A model generated the notes under the pieces. That model had not been told where the DNA came from. It saw nothing but the letters and a program-made list of their open reading frames with translations, and did not search any database. 64,000 nt of DNA from NCBI GenBank assembly GCA_035483835.1, contig DATHPO010000090.1, positions 1,924-65,923 of the forward strand. The letters are read 5' to 3'. The translations under genes were made by a program, and so were the position numbers. Source of the stretch: Terriglobales bacterium (GTDB lineage Bacteria > Acidobacteriota > Terriglobia > Terriglobales > Acidobacteriaceae). Each line of letters starts with the position of its first letter. The first letter of the stretch is position 1. Positions 49,658 to 59,418 of this stretch are shown piece after piece.

Positions 49658-50683
49658 TCATTCTTCACGAGGTGGACCGATGACGCTTGGCGGCCACTCG
49701 TCATTCGTCAGCTTCCAGGTTGGATCCGGATTGTAGAGGTCGATCTTCTCGACAATTTTCAGAGAATCAGGACCCAGGTCTTTTTGATAAACGATTCCGT
49801 CGTTGTTCACGAGGAAAGTCTTTACACCTGTAACCCGGTATTCGGCGGGCACGGCGACAAGGGCGAAGCCGCCGATCATGATTCCCTCAATGACGTAGTC
49901 GAGCCTGCCCAACGGCGCCGCCGGACCTTGCCCCTTCAGGATTTTGAAGTAGTACCCATGGAATCCTGACTTACCGATGGAGTAGCCCTCGTCTAACGCC
50001 TTTGCGACTGCATCACCAATCGGTCCACCAGATGTTCCGTCCGGATTCTGCCAATACAAGCCGTCCTGTTTCCCCGGAGTGCTGAAGATTCGCTGTGCAT
50101 ACTGATTTACCCCGGAATCATCGTGAATCTGCAAAGCGTATTCCTTTTGCGCTTCCACAAAACCACGGCAGACTTGAATGGCGTCCAGTTCGTTGGCTCC
50201 AATTCGTCGAAATAGAATTTCCTGCCTACCTGACTTGGCCTCGAAATACCATTTGCCATTCCTCTTAATCAGAGGCACCGGCATGGGCCACTCTTCCTCG
50301 CCAACAATGATGAGTGCCCGATTTGGTTTTGTGGCGTCGATCGATATGGAGTTCTTGACACGGGCTTCTGCCGCAAATGCAGCAGCATTGTTCTTGTCTG
50401 CGACGGGATCGGCAGAGGAGACGAAGTCCTCACCGTCTGGCCCGAAGATCGCCATCAACTCCGGTACGTCATAAGCTCCCGCCGCGTTGATCAACGCTTC
50501 AGCAGCCTGCTGTGGCGTGTCAAACGCCTTCGGTGCCGCGGCTGCGGTTTTCGTCTCGGATTGCACTTGGGCTGCCGCGAGACTTGGCAGGATGGACCAC
50601 GGAGCAACCAGGATGATGACGAAGATGCCAATTGGCATGCGGAATCTGGATAGTCGTGATTTCATAACTCCCTCTGTGATCAT
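49658..50683 (-). CDS. DUF2950-family secreted protein
   Basis: Signal peptide. FHGYYFKILKGQGPAAP...GGFALVAVPAEYRVTGVKTFLVNNDGIVYQKDLG is the family core as I remember it. Confidence 0.75.
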   Translation of the reverse strand: MITEGVMKSRLSRFRMPIGIFVIILVAPWSILPSLAAAQVQSETKTAAAAPKAFDTPQQAAEALINAAGAYDVPELMAIFGPDGEDFVSSADPVADKNNAAAFAAEARVKNSISIDATKPNRALIIVGEEEWPMPVPLIKRNGKWYFEAKSGRQEILFRRIGANELDAIQVCRGFVEAQKEYALQIHDDSGVNQYAQRIFSTPGKQDGLYWQNPDGTSGGPIGDAVAKALDEGYSIGKSGFHGYYFKILKGQGPAAPLGRLDYVIEGIMIGGFALVAVPAEYRVTGVKTFLVNNDGIVYQKDLGPDSLKIVEKIDLYNPDPTWKLTNDEWPPSVIGPPREE

Positions 50684-50692
50684 GATTCTTGC

Positions 50693-52030
50693 CTACCTCC
50701 GCCGACCGCCACCGCCACGGGAACCTCCACCACGGGAGCCTCCCATGCTGGAAGAACCGCGCGAACTGCTGGCGCGTGCTCCGCCGCCGCTCATGCCGGA
50801 GGATGCTCCGCCAAAAGCGCTACGGTTTGTCGAGCTCGGGGATTTCGGGACTTGTCGATTGCCAACGCGGTCCCCTCCACCTCCTCGGTTAGCAGCGCCA
50901 GCGCCACGGTTGGACATGTCTCGACTACCAGCGCCGCGATCACCCCCGCCGGGCTGCCGGTTTCCCATCCCTCCGCGGTTACCGCCCGCAGGTTGCTGTC
51001 TGGCTTGATTCTGGCGTGCATTTGCCTGCCGGTTCGAGAGGGAATCGCCTCGAGTAGTACCGCCGAACCTGTTCGCTGTAGACCTGTCGGAATATGGTGC
51101 GCCCCCGCGGTGCCGCGGGTTATGCTGCCAATTGCTGTTGCCTCTCGCGGGCAGGGTGGATGCACGATTGCCTCGGTTCGCGTTGTTGAAGTTCTGGCGG
51201 TTGCTGTTGTTGACGAAGGTGTTGTTGCGGTTGACTGTGATGTTGTTGTTCCCGCCCCATCCGCATCCCCAACCGGCGCCTCCACCCCAGAAAGCTCCCA
51301 TCGCGACGCCAACACCAAAGGATATGGCCAGGCCCGCCGCATAATAGCCAGGCGGCGGATACGCGATGGGAGGATACGGATAAACTGGAGCCCCATACAC
51401 GACGGTTGGGTTGTAGCTAGGGACGTAAACAACCTCTGGGCTGGCTTGTTCGATGATGACAACCTGCTTGTTTTCGACGACCTTGGTTTCGACTTTCTGC
51501 TGTTCGGTGGACTTCAGATTCCCTGCATCCTCGGCTTTCTTACGCATGCGCTGCACCGCGTCCATGACGTCGCTCTGCTGCGCGAGAAAAGCATTTCCGA
51601 GATCGGTAGTCCACTTGATATTGTCAGCTAGTTGCTTGACTAGATCGGGCAAACCAGCCAGAGCCTGGATACTTGGATCCCAGTCTTGCTTCAGCGCTGC
51701 GTCCGCGAGGGCCTTCCCCTTCAAGTCCTTGTGCTGGTCCAGCCACTGTTTGAGCTGAACGACCTCCAGAGGATAGGTGGAAGCCACCAGAGTTTGGCTG
51801 AGCAACGCGTCGGGGTAGAGCGCGATCGGCGCGACCAGAGAGTCTAACTGGTCCGCAGGAAGCTTGACCGCATCCTGCTCGGATGCGGGTGCCGGCGCGG
51901 CCCCGGGTTGCTGGTCCTGGGCTGCGAGCACTACTGCGTTTCCGGAAAGCAGCGCTGCCACGCAGAGAATCGCTGTGCATTCTCGAATAGTCTCTAGGAA
52001 ACTGCCCCGGGAAAGTCGTCTTGAGTTCAT
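50693..52030 (-). CDS. DUF3300-family secreted protein with Gly/Arg/Asn-rich tail ending GGGGRRR
   Basis: LDSLVAPIALYPDALLSQTLVASTYPLEVVQLKQWL core. Start chosen at MNSRRLS, before the signal peptide. Confidence 0.75.
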   Translation of the reverse strand: MNSRRLSRGSFLETIRECTAILCVAALLSGNAVVLAAQDQQPGAAPAPASEQDAVKLPADQLDSLVAPIALYPDALLSQTLVASTYPLEVVQLKQWLDQHKDLKGKALADAALKQDWDPSIQALAGLPDLVKQLADNIKWTTDLGNAFLAQQSDVMDAVQRMRKKAEDAGNLKSTEQQKVETKVVENKQVVIIEQASPEVVYVPSYNPTVVYGAPVYPYPPIAYPPPGYYAAGLAISFGVGVAMGAFWGGGAGWGCGWGGNNNITVNRNNTFVNNSNRQNFNNANRGNRASTLPARGNSNWQHNPRHRGGAPYSDRSTANRFGGTTRGDSLSNRQANARQNQARQQPAGGNRGGMGNRQPGGGDRGAGSRDMSNRGAGAANRGGGGDRVGNRQVPKSPSSTNRSAFGGASSGMSGGGARASSSRGSSSMGGSRGGGSRGGGGRRR

Positions 52031-52185
52031 ACCGAGAGTCCTTGTACGCCGTTTGCAACTCGAGTGAAGAGCTGGGCGGGTTCTACGAAACACAGCAGAC
52101 GCCGATTCGGATACAGTCAAATGCCAAGATCGATCCAGACTCCGAGTCGATGTTGACCTGCTTCTGCCGCAACCGCTTCACAAGT

Positions 52186-52230
52186 TTTGTACTGCAGCGC
52201 AGAGCGCACCGCCACTAGGGAAACCCCTAA
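52186..52230 (-). promoter_or_regulatory. palindrome motif TTAGGGGTTTCCCTAG + TGGCGG-N17-TACAAA, upstream of the DUF3300 gene
   Basis: Divergent partner of the 52304 copy. Confidence 0.45.
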
Positions 52231-52303
52231 GTGCAGGGTTGAGCTTCAATCTGAAGTGATCGGCCTCAATTTCGGCTGCTCACCGAGTTCCGATTGCTGT
52301 GAA

Positions 52304-52349
52304 CTAGTGATTTCCCCAGTTGAGAGGTATGGGGGCCAAGACGTAGCAT
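52304..52349 (+). promoter_or_regulatory. palindrome motif CTAGTGATTTCCCCAG + TTGAGA-N18-TAGCAT, upstream of 52511 OMP gene
   Basis: One mismatch in the left half. The predicted leader is about 155 nt. Confidence 0.45.
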
Positions 52350-52510
52350 CTTCGCGAAGGGAGATATATCGCGCTCTTAGCACCGAGAGGGTTACGGGAC
52401 TCCGGCCTATCCGAAGGAAGGGATGCAACGGGCATCCTGGTGCGAAGAACCGACGACGGTGAAAGCCGCACGCATCTCATGCCTCGTTTATAAAAAAAGA
52501 GCGAGGGAGG

Positions 52511-53164
52511 ATGAAAACCACGTCGCATTCCGCGATGCTCGCGCTAGTCTTTGTTCTCGCTGGCCAAGTCTTGGCCCAGACTCCGACACGCCAGACGCCG
52601 AGCGCAGATGACGCCGATGCAAATCAGTGGGAGTTCTCCCTAGCGACATCTGGCTATCTGGTTCCAGATGACCAATCTTACGGTTCTCCGATCTTTACCG
52701 CCGATCATCAATGGCTTCACTTTGAAGCCCGTTACAACGAGGAGTATCTACAGACTGGATCATTGTGGGCGGGCTATAACTTCAGCATCGGTCACAAGCT
52801 CGTGTTCGAAGCCACGCCAATGTTCGGCGTCGTGTTTGGAAGTACGACAGGGGTTGCGCCAGGCTACGAACTCTCGCTCACCTACAAGCGGGTTGAGCTT
52901 TCGGCTCAGGGAGAGTACGTATTTAATGCGGACGATCGGAAGGCCAGCTATTTCTACACCTGGGACGAACTGGTCTACTCGCCGACGGACTGGTTCCACG
53001 CCGGTCTCGTGTCCCAACGAACCAGAGACTACCACACCAATCTCAACGTGCAGCGTGGATTCTCAGTCGGGGTTACACACAAGAAAGTGGATTTCACGAC
53101 CTTTGTATTCGATGCCGGCTGGACCGACCCCACGGTGGTCCTCGCCCTTACCTTCAGGTTTTGA
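52511..53164 (+). CDS. small outer-membrane beta-barrel protein (unknown family)
   Basis: Signal peptide (..VLAGQVLAQ), alternating strands, C-terminal ..LALTFRF aromatic terminus. Confidence 0.5.
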   Translation: MKTTSHSAMLALVFVLAGQVLAQTPTRQTPSADDADANQWEFSLATSGYLVPDDQSYGSPIFTADHQWLHFEARYNEEYLQTGSLWAGYNFSIGHKLVFEATPMFGVVFGSTTGVAPGYELSLTYKRVELSAQGEYVFNADDRKASYFYTWDELVYSPTDWFHAGLVSQRTRDYHTNLNVQRGFSVGVTHKKVDFTTFVFDAGWTDPTVVLALTFRF

Positions 53165-53185
53165 GCAAGACCATCTTATGGTTAG

Positions 53186-53231
53186 CTAGGGGTTTCCCTA
53201 GTCGACCAACTCCAGCTACGAGAATTAGAAT
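53186..53231 (+). promoter_or_regulatory. palindrome motif CTAGGGGTTTCCCTAG + TCGACC-N18-TAGAAT, upstream of 53270 gene
   Basis: The predicted TSS is about 32 nt before the ATG, upstream of the GGAGAAGGAG RBS. Confidence 0.5.
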
Positions 53232-53269
53232 TTCACCTACGGGCCTGCACGGAGAAGGAGAAAACGAAG

Positions 53270-53884
53270 ATGCGCACAAATGCAAACAAATCCACCATTC
53301 GCAAATCCATGTACGGCGGATTCCTATTCATCATCCTGCTACTGATAACCACGCTCGCCTTTTCCCAGGATGACAGAAAAATAGAAACCATCGATTCCAC
53401 CGCAATGGGCACCAGCACGCAGATGGGTAGCATAATTGGTGTGAAGGTGACCATCTATCAGTACTCTACGGACGAAGATAGACAACTTCTCGTTGATGCC
53501 TTCAAGAAGGGCCAGAATCAGGGCTTGGTCGATGCACTTAGCAAGATGAAGTCCGTCGGCCGCATCGCCATCACCGGCACAGTGGGCTACGACCTCAGTT
53601 ACATTCGCCTTATCCCCACTCCGACGGGTCGCAAGATACGCTTTGTCACCAACCGATTGATCAGATTCGGCGAGGCCTATTACAACACCCGAACTATGGC
53701 ATACAACTTGACAGTGGGCGAATTCGACATTGTCGATGCTGACACGGATAAAAGCTCCGGTGTTCTTTATCCGGCTTCCCAGCTAATTATTAATAAAGAT
53801 GGGCAGCTGGAGTTCCAACTCAATAGAAATCCCTGGAAGCTTGTCAACATTATCGATTGGCACAAGGCGGGTACGGCCAAGTAG
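53270..53884 (+). CDS. secreted protein of unknown function, AT-rich relative to neighbours
   Basis: TM/signal segment FLFIILLLITTLAFSQ and a strong RBS. No recognisable motif. Confidence 0.45.
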   Translation: MRTNANKSTIRKSMYGGFLFIILLLITTLAFSQDDRKIETIDSTAMGTSTQMGSIIGVKVTIYQYSTDEDRQLLVDAFKKGQNQGLVDALSKMKSVGRIAITGTVGYDLSYIRLIPTPTGRKIRFVTNRLIRFGEAYYNTRTMAYNLTVGEFDIVDADTDKSSGVLYPASQLIINKDGQLEFQLNRNPWKLVNIIDWHKAGTAK

Positions 53885-53977
53885 AGATGGTTGAAAACTA
53901 ACTGGGCTGACATTTGCATCTGTTTTCAACGACCAAGAAAGCAAGGCATCACGAGTTGTCCATGTGCTGTTCTAAGC

Positions 53978-55093
53978 TCACTCGGTGTTCCGTGTGGGAC
54001 CCAGGCCCTGAGCCGTTTCCCACGCCCTCACTTTCTGTCGAGCCTCATCGAAGAGTCGCTCATAGTTCCCCTTCTGCACTTTTTCGCGCGCTTTCTCATC
54101 CAGAAGTTTCCACAACGGCTCATATTCGTAAAAGACCCTCAGGTACTGCTCCTGCGTTGATGGCGCTACCTCGTCGGTGCCGAAAAGGAAGCGGTCGGGG
54201 TAGCGATTCAGGAGGTCGGCAGTCACACTGGTCGCCTCCGGGCTCGACACCACATACTTGGCCACCTCGTCCCAGGAAATATCAAAGTAGATATGACTGA
54301 ACTGTGGGTCGGCCAGTATCTCTGCCAACTGAGCGGCGTGGTTCTTTATCGGTCGAACCACCCTGCCCATGCCAGTGTGGGCCCAGATGATGGTCGTGTG
54401 GGGGTGCCTCCTGAAAAGGGCTTTCATCTGATCCAGGTAAACCGGCGGCGATCCTTCCTTCGCGAAAGGCACATCCATATCGCTGTGTAGCAACACGACC
54501 AGTCCGACCGTCTGGGCAAAATCGAGAATCCGATCGAGCGCCGGGTTTTGCAGACTCGCAACTTCGCCCGCCACTTTGGCCGATACAAACTCCTTGTGAA
54601 TCGTAAACTCGCCGATGCCCGAGAACACGCTCGGAAAAGTCTGAAGCACCCGACGAATGTGATCGGCGGCGTACATGTCAGCCGGATTGAAGCCGGTGAT
54701 CATGGGGTCAAAACGCGCCCGCTGTTCCTTCGGCAGCGATCGGTATGCCATCGCAATGTATGCGTCGGTGAAGGAGTAGTAATAGAGTGGTGCGTCCGTC
54801 TGTAGGTAGTAGGTTGGGGCAAAGTCCCCAGAATTCTGGTAGGACCATTCCTGTTGAAGAGGAATCCCAAATAGCGCCACGCGTCCGACTTTAGTGCCCA
54901 TGATCTTCAGAAAGTCATGAATATCCGTGCCTTCCTGAATGTAATTGGTCAAATGGAAGTGAACATCGTTCAGCTCGGGTTGATCTGGTTGGGCCTGTGC
55001 AGCTGCAAGACTGCACCATAGCATTAAAGAAATGACCGAGCCGGAAACGAATCTCATCATTCTGGGACGGCGAAACTGAGAGTGATGTTTCAT
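53978..55093 (-). CDS. amidohydrolase-2 (TIM-barrel metal hydrolase) family protein with signal peptide
   Basis: DVHFHL near the N-terminus, LLHSDMD, IWAHTGMG and FGTD motifs. Signal ..CSLAAAQAQ. Confidence 0.65.
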   Translation of the reverse strand: MKHHSQFRRPRMMRFVSGSVISLMLWCSLAAAQAQPDQPELNDVHFHLTNYIQEGTDIHDFLKIMGTKVGRVALFGIPLQQEWSYQNSGDFAPTYYLQTDAPLYYYSFTDAYIAMAYRSLPKEQRARFDPMITGFNPADMYAADHIRRVLQTFPSVFSGIGEFTIHKEFVSAKVAGEVASLQNPALDRILDFAQTVGLVVLLHSDMDVPFAKEGSPPVYLDQMKALFRRHPHTTIIWAHTGMGRVVRPIKNHAAQLAEILADPQFSHIYFDISWDEVAKYVVSSPEATSVTADLLNRYPDRFLFGTDEVAPSTQEQYLRVFYEYEPLWKLLDEKAREKVQKGNYERLFDEARQKVRAWETAQGLGPTRNTE

Positions 55094-55172
55094 CGATAGG
55101 CTCCCTTATTTGAGGAGTTGTGTCATCGAGCGTTTACACATCTTTTATTTATTCCGAAAAAATACTCGCCGC

Positions 55173-56750
55173 TCAGAAAGCTAACTCGAGAGTGGAAGCA
55201 AAGACCGGTCCGGTTCCTCCGAGCGCGAAGGGAACGGCGGTATAGCCCACGGGAGATCTGTACAGGTAAAGGAATTCATTGTTCCACCGGATGACTTTGT
55301 TGTGATAGGGAAAATAGTTGAGCCCGGCCCGAAAGTCCCAAGGATTGCCATACTTTGCCCGGTACGCGTCCAGCGCGGCAGCGTTGCCGGTGAGTGTCGA
55401 TCCTCCGAGATAAACCTGCAAAGTCTTAGGCAGAACCATCGCCGAAGTTTGCAATTGGAAGCCGTGAGAGAAGACCGTGGGAAGTCCGGTCGTGCCGAGT
55501 CCGTGAAAATCATCGAGCCAGCGCAAAAAGTACTCCCCATCCAACGAAAACCCGTGGTACTTGACGCCGCCATCAAACGCGGCCATCTTGTAGGTCACAT
55601 CGTTGACGGTAATGCCGGGACCGAGAAGATTGGGTGTGAAGATGACACTCCCATCTTCGAGCCGAATCTGCGTGTTCTCGAATTGGTCACTGTTTGGCTG
55701 TTCCTGCCTGTCCTCATTGCTCCGGGTGAAGTGGCCCGCGAGACGCGTCGCCAATTTTTGATGGTCTTCAAAGTCGCCAAAGCCTTGGCCAAATTCGCCT
55801 GTGCTGGGCATCCAGACGAGCGAGGTAGACACCGTGTTTAACCCATTGTTGAGCTGCGCCGCGCTTACGCCCAGGGTACTCAGGTTGTTGCCGACCATGG
55901 CTATGTAGTCCAGCCGGCTTCCGATTTTGCCCCAGGCCCAAACGCCTGAAGTATAGGAAGGACGAAAGAACTCGTCGGCTATAAGGCGGGTATCGACACC
56001 AAGCCAGAAGGGGAAGTTGCCCTCTACGCTCCGCGTACCCGGCAAGGACCTGATCCCTGCGCCCACATTAAAATGCTTGTCAAAAAGGTAACTCAGGTTG
56101 CCGGCGAGCACTACCTGAGCGCCTAAGCCTTGCGAAGCATTGGAGGACCACGCGTACAGAAAATAGCGAAACTTCGGGTGAAGGATCCACCCGAGGAACT
56201 TTATCTGTACTTTGTTGAGTTGGATATCCTGGCGTTGCTGGACACTCTTGACATTGCCCAATGCGTCTGTAAACGTTGAATCCAGACCTCGTTGGTTCAG
56301 GTAGCGGACGTAGGTGTATATGCTGATACTCAGGTCGCCGTACTCTGTATTGGCCACCTTGTACCCTTGATTGGGCGTGTACGTTCCCCAGGTTTTTTTG
56401 TCTCCCTGATCCGAGTAGATATCCGCGGTCAGCGGTTTCGATTCTTGTGCAGTGTCGGCCTGCGTCGCTGGGCCGGTCTCAGTTGATATCGCGGCTGAGC
56501 CGGACTGTTGCGCAAGCACGCCACGCAGAGATTCGATCTCCGTCATCAGTTCTCGGTTTTGGTTTTCCAGTTGCTTGTTTTGCTCAATCAGCCGGTCAAG
56601 CTTTTTTAATTCGTCCGTCGTGTCTTGCGTACCATGGTTCGGAGGTTCCTGTTGGGGATCTTCGCCTTGGGCCATTCCGTAACTAGCCAACCCAAGGGCG
56701 AGAGCCAACAGTAGTAATCGCGCTCCTATTCTCCGGATAGTGTTTGCCAT
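55173..56750 (-). CDS. outer-membrane porin with N-terminal coiled coil (family tentative)
   Basis: Signal peptide, heptad segment (LKKLDRLIEQNKQLENQNRELMTEIESL), long beta-strand region, terminal ..STLELAF. Confidence 0.55.
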   Translation of the reverse strand: MANTIRRIGARLLLLALALGLASYGMAQGEDPQQEPPNHGTQDTTDELKKLDRLIEQNKQLENQNRELMTEIESLRGVLAQQSGSAAISTETGPATQADTAQESKPLTADIYSDQGDKKTWGTYTPNQGYKVANTEYGDLSISIYTYVRYLNQRGLDSTFTDALGNVKSVQQRQDIQLNKVQIKFLGWILHPKFRYFLYAWSSNASQGLGAQVVLAGNLSYLFDKHFNVGAGIRSLPGTRSVEGNFPFWLGVDTRLIADEFFRPSYTSGVWAWGKIGSRLDYIAMVGNNLSTLGVSAAQLNNGLNTVSTSLVWMPSTGEFGQGFGDFEDHQKLATRLAGHFTRSNEDRQEQPNSDQFENTQIRLEDGSVIFTPNLLGPGITVNDVTYKMAAFDGGVKYHGFSLDGEYFLRWLDDFHGLGTTGLPTVFSHGFQLQTSAMVLPKTLQVYLGGSTLTGNAAALDAYRAKYGNPWDFRAGLNYFPYHNKVIRWNNEFLYLYRSPVGYTAVPFALGGTGPVFASTLELAF

Positions 56751-56791
56751 TGGTAATGCAACCGCTCCTTCTCAGTTCTTCGTGACTACCG

Positions 56792-57847
56792 CTATTTCCA
56801 ACCCACCGATGCCGGAGAAAACAGGTTGTAGTGCAGCTTGTCGCTGACGTAGTCGATCACCTCTTGCGCCTTGACGCTGTTTCCAGCGTCATCCAGCGGT
56901 GGTGCAAAGACGACAATTGCTCCTTTTCCAGGGACGATTGCTACAATCCCGCCGCCGACTCCACTCTTCGCAGGGAGTCCCACATCCCACGCCCAACCAC
57001 CAGAACCGTCGTAAAGACCGGCCATCATCATGGTGCTGAGGATGTGAGGAACGTCTTCCGATTTGATCACCTGTTCTCCTGTGGCAGGGTTGATCCCGTT
57101 ATTTGCGAGCGTTGCGCCCATCCGCGCGAGCTGGGTGGCGTTTACGCCAACCGAACACTGCTTGGTGTAGATATCGACCGACTCAAATGGATCAGCGTAA
57201 ATCCGCTCATATTTGGCCAAGAGCATGGAGAGCGCTTTGTTGCCGGTGTTGGTGGCGGCTTCGGATTTGTAGACCTCGTCAATCAACGTCAACTTTTCTC
57301 CGGCCGCGCGGCTGTAGAAATCCAGGATCTTAGTCCATTTTTCATCCGCATCCTTGCCGGAGATCAGGCTAGTTGTGGCGATGGCACCTGCATTAACGAA
57401 AGGGTTGCCGGTGTGTGTCGGCATGTCCACGACCGCCACTGGAGAGTTAAAGGGGCGTCCCGTAGGCTCGGAGCCTATTTTTTGGAAGACCTTCTCGGCT
57501 CCCAGCGCTTCCATTGCAAGCGCCAACGTGTAAACCTTGGAAATCGACTGGATGGAGAATGAATATTTCACGTCCCCCAGTGTGACAACCTGGTTGTCGG
57601 TGGTGACAATCGCGATCCCGAAAAGCTTGGAATCCACTTGTGCGAGATAGGGAATATAATCAGCGTTCTTCCCGCGGGTTTCATTCTTGAACTTGTCATA
57701 GGCCTCTTGAACCACCGCCGCCACGACCTCCCGGCGAGGCGCCACAGGGCTTCGCGATCCTTGTGCCAGCGCCGGTATCGGAAGCAAAGACGGAACAATG
57801 ATTGTTGCGACAAGAAGTAACTTTACAGCCCAGTTCCTATTGAACAT
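56792..57847 (-). CDS. glsA: glutaminase A with signal peptide
   Basis: ADYIPYLAQVD...FSIQSISKVYTLALAME serine-dependent glutaminase core. N-terminal ..LLPIPALAQG. Confidence 0.9.
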   Translation of the reverse strand: MFNRNWAVKLLLVATIIVPSLLPIPALAQGSRSPVAPRREVVAAVVQEAYDKFKNETRGKNADYIPYLAQVDSKLFGIAIVTTDNQVVTLGDVKYSFSIQSISKVYTLALAMEALGAEKVFQKIGSEPTGRPFNSPVAVVDMPTHTGNPFVNAGAIATTSLISGKDADEKWTKILDFYSRAAGEKLTLIDEVYKSEAATNTGNKALSMLLAKYERIYADPFESVDIYTKQCSVGVNATQLARMGATLANNGINPATGEQVIKSEDVPHILSTMMMAGLYDGSGGWAWDVGLPAKSGVGGGIVAIVPGKGAIVVFAPPLDDAGNSVKAQEVIDYVSDKLHYNLFSPASVGWK

Positions 57848-57879
57848 TGACGCTTTCCTCTCTTTCCGCCAAGCCAGAG

Positions 57880-59352
57880 TTATAGAGTTGGGGATTTGAA
57901 ACTCTTATCCCAGTCAAACTTGAACGAGAACTGCATCCGATAATCGTTGGCATTGAATCCGTTGCTGAAGTTCACCCGGCGGCCGAACTGAAACTCACCA
58001 CCCATCGTGACCCTTGGGATCGGATGGTAGAGCAGGTTCCCGACCGCGTAGTCACCCTGGTGATAGTCCGACGGAAGCTGTGCGTTTGAGTTCTGAATGT
58101 CAACCAGCGAGTAACCGGCTGAACTGGTGAAGTGCTCGCTCCAGGTGTGATCGATGAATGCCACGACGCCTAACACCGGTAAAGTAACGCCTTTGATGGG
58201 CACGCGCGAGCCCGGAGGATTGTTCTGGATACCGATGTCCACCGGCGCATCGTTCATGTAATTCTCAATGCCGGAGCCGTAAACAAATGCCAGCTTTGCA
58301 ACATTCTTTTTTGACAACTTGAGATTGGAAGTCAGGTTGAAGCCCCAGCCCACAGCACTGCCACCGAGATTGATCGGGTTGCCGCTGGTGTCAACCCACC
58401 CGATTTTCCGAACAATGCCGGCCATCTGTACATAGCCCCAGTCTCTGTCGATCCGCGCATTCCCCGAGAGATCCGGGAAATTGAACCGCGGCCGTATGTT
58501 GCTCAGCTCGATACGGTCGGCATAAACGCCTTGGTCACCGCTGGCGCCGGGTCTTTCCAGGGCAATCGTGACGCCGCCTCTCTTGCTTCGGATCGGCATC
58601 CAACGAATCTGCACATTGCGGAAGAACACCATCCCGTTCGGGCCCCAGTACTCCAGCGTGTTCGGGAAGACGCCTATGTCCATGAACGGGCTCCAGGTCT
58701 GTCCCGCTCCAAACTGGCCCAGCTCTCCGTAAGCATGCCGCAGGCGGAAAGTCGTTTGGCCGGCATCAACTCCGGTCCCAAATAGTTCGAATTCGAATAC
58801 CGTGTTCAGATCGCCGTACGGGGTAGGCGTGGAGGACTTCACCCCGAAGCGGGTTTGTCGCACGCTGGCATAGACATTTCCACTCGGCGCAAACTCATTG
58901 TGGAAGGACGGCAACTGGGTGGGACGGACAACGTCGAACCAGTTCGGATTCACCTGCCCGAAGTCATATCCGGAGTCGAGCATCACGAACCCGTAAAAGT
59001 TGACGCTGTTCTGCCGCTCTGTGATTTCACCTTCCAGCGGTACGGTTCCAGCCTGGGGCTGAGCGATAATCGCCTCCGAGGGAACTGCGATCATTGGCTC
59101 CTGCGGGGCAGGCGTCTGTTGTCCTTCGGCCTGGCCTTGCCCAACGAGGGGGGCCGCAGGAGGAGCCGGCGTCCCCTCAAGCGCTTTGATCTCGCCCTTG
59201 ACCTCGGTCATCATCTGATCCAACTGCTGCAGCTTGTTCTTCAGTTGTTCGATATCTGCATTGCGCTGATCCTGGGATTGGGCTGCAGCAGACTGAATCC
59301 AGATGGCGGAAAGAGCGAACAGCAGTAGTGCAATGAAGCTATTTTTTTTCAT
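57880..59352 (-). CDS. outer-membrane porin with N-terminal coiled coil (DcaP-like architecture, tentative)
   Basis: Signal peptide, IEQLKNKLQQLDQMMTEVKGEIKAL heptads, Pro-rich linker, beta-barrel region. Confidence 0.55.
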   Translation of the reverse strand: MKKNSFIALLLFALSAIWIQSAAAQSQDQRNADIEQLKNKLQQLDQMMTEVKGEIKALEGTPAPPAAPLVGQGQAEGQQTPAPQEPMIAVPSEAIIAQPQAGTVPLEGEITERQNSVNFYGFVMLDSGYDFGQVNPNWFDVVRPTQLPSFHNEFAPSGNVYASVRQTRFGVKSSTPTPYGDLNTVFEFELFGTGVDAGQTTFRLRHAYGELGQFGAGQTWSPFMDIGVFPNTLEYWGPNGMVFFRNVQIRWMPIRSKRGGVTIALERPGASGDQGVYADRIELSNIRPRFNFPDLSGNARIDRDWGYVQMAGIVRKIGWVDTSGNPINLGGSAVGWGFNLTSNLKLSKKNVAKLAFVYGSGIENYMNDAPVDIGIQNNPPGSRVPIKGVTLPVLGVVAFIDHTWSEHFTSSAGYSLVDIQNSNAQLPSDYHQGDYAVGNLLYHPIPRVTMGGEFQFGRRVNFSNGFNANDYRMQFSFKFDWDKSFKSPTL

Positions 59353-59418
59353 AAGGACTCCTGCTTGCCAGGGCTTATTCGCATACCGCTGCCAGTAGAC
59401 GTCGGGTCAGCTACGGGT

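Noticed and set aside
52356-52510. Possible riboswitch (c-di-GMP-I-like ctccggcctat segment) in the leader of the 52511 gene
   Set aside because: Only one short stretch resembles the GEMM consensus. The conserved GCAAAGC-type elements and paired stems are not evident.
53890-53930. Hairpin gttgaaaac-N23-gttttcaac between convergent genes as a bidirectional terminator
   Set aside because: The 9-bp AT-rich stem has a 23-nt loop and no flanking U-tract, which is too weak to call.
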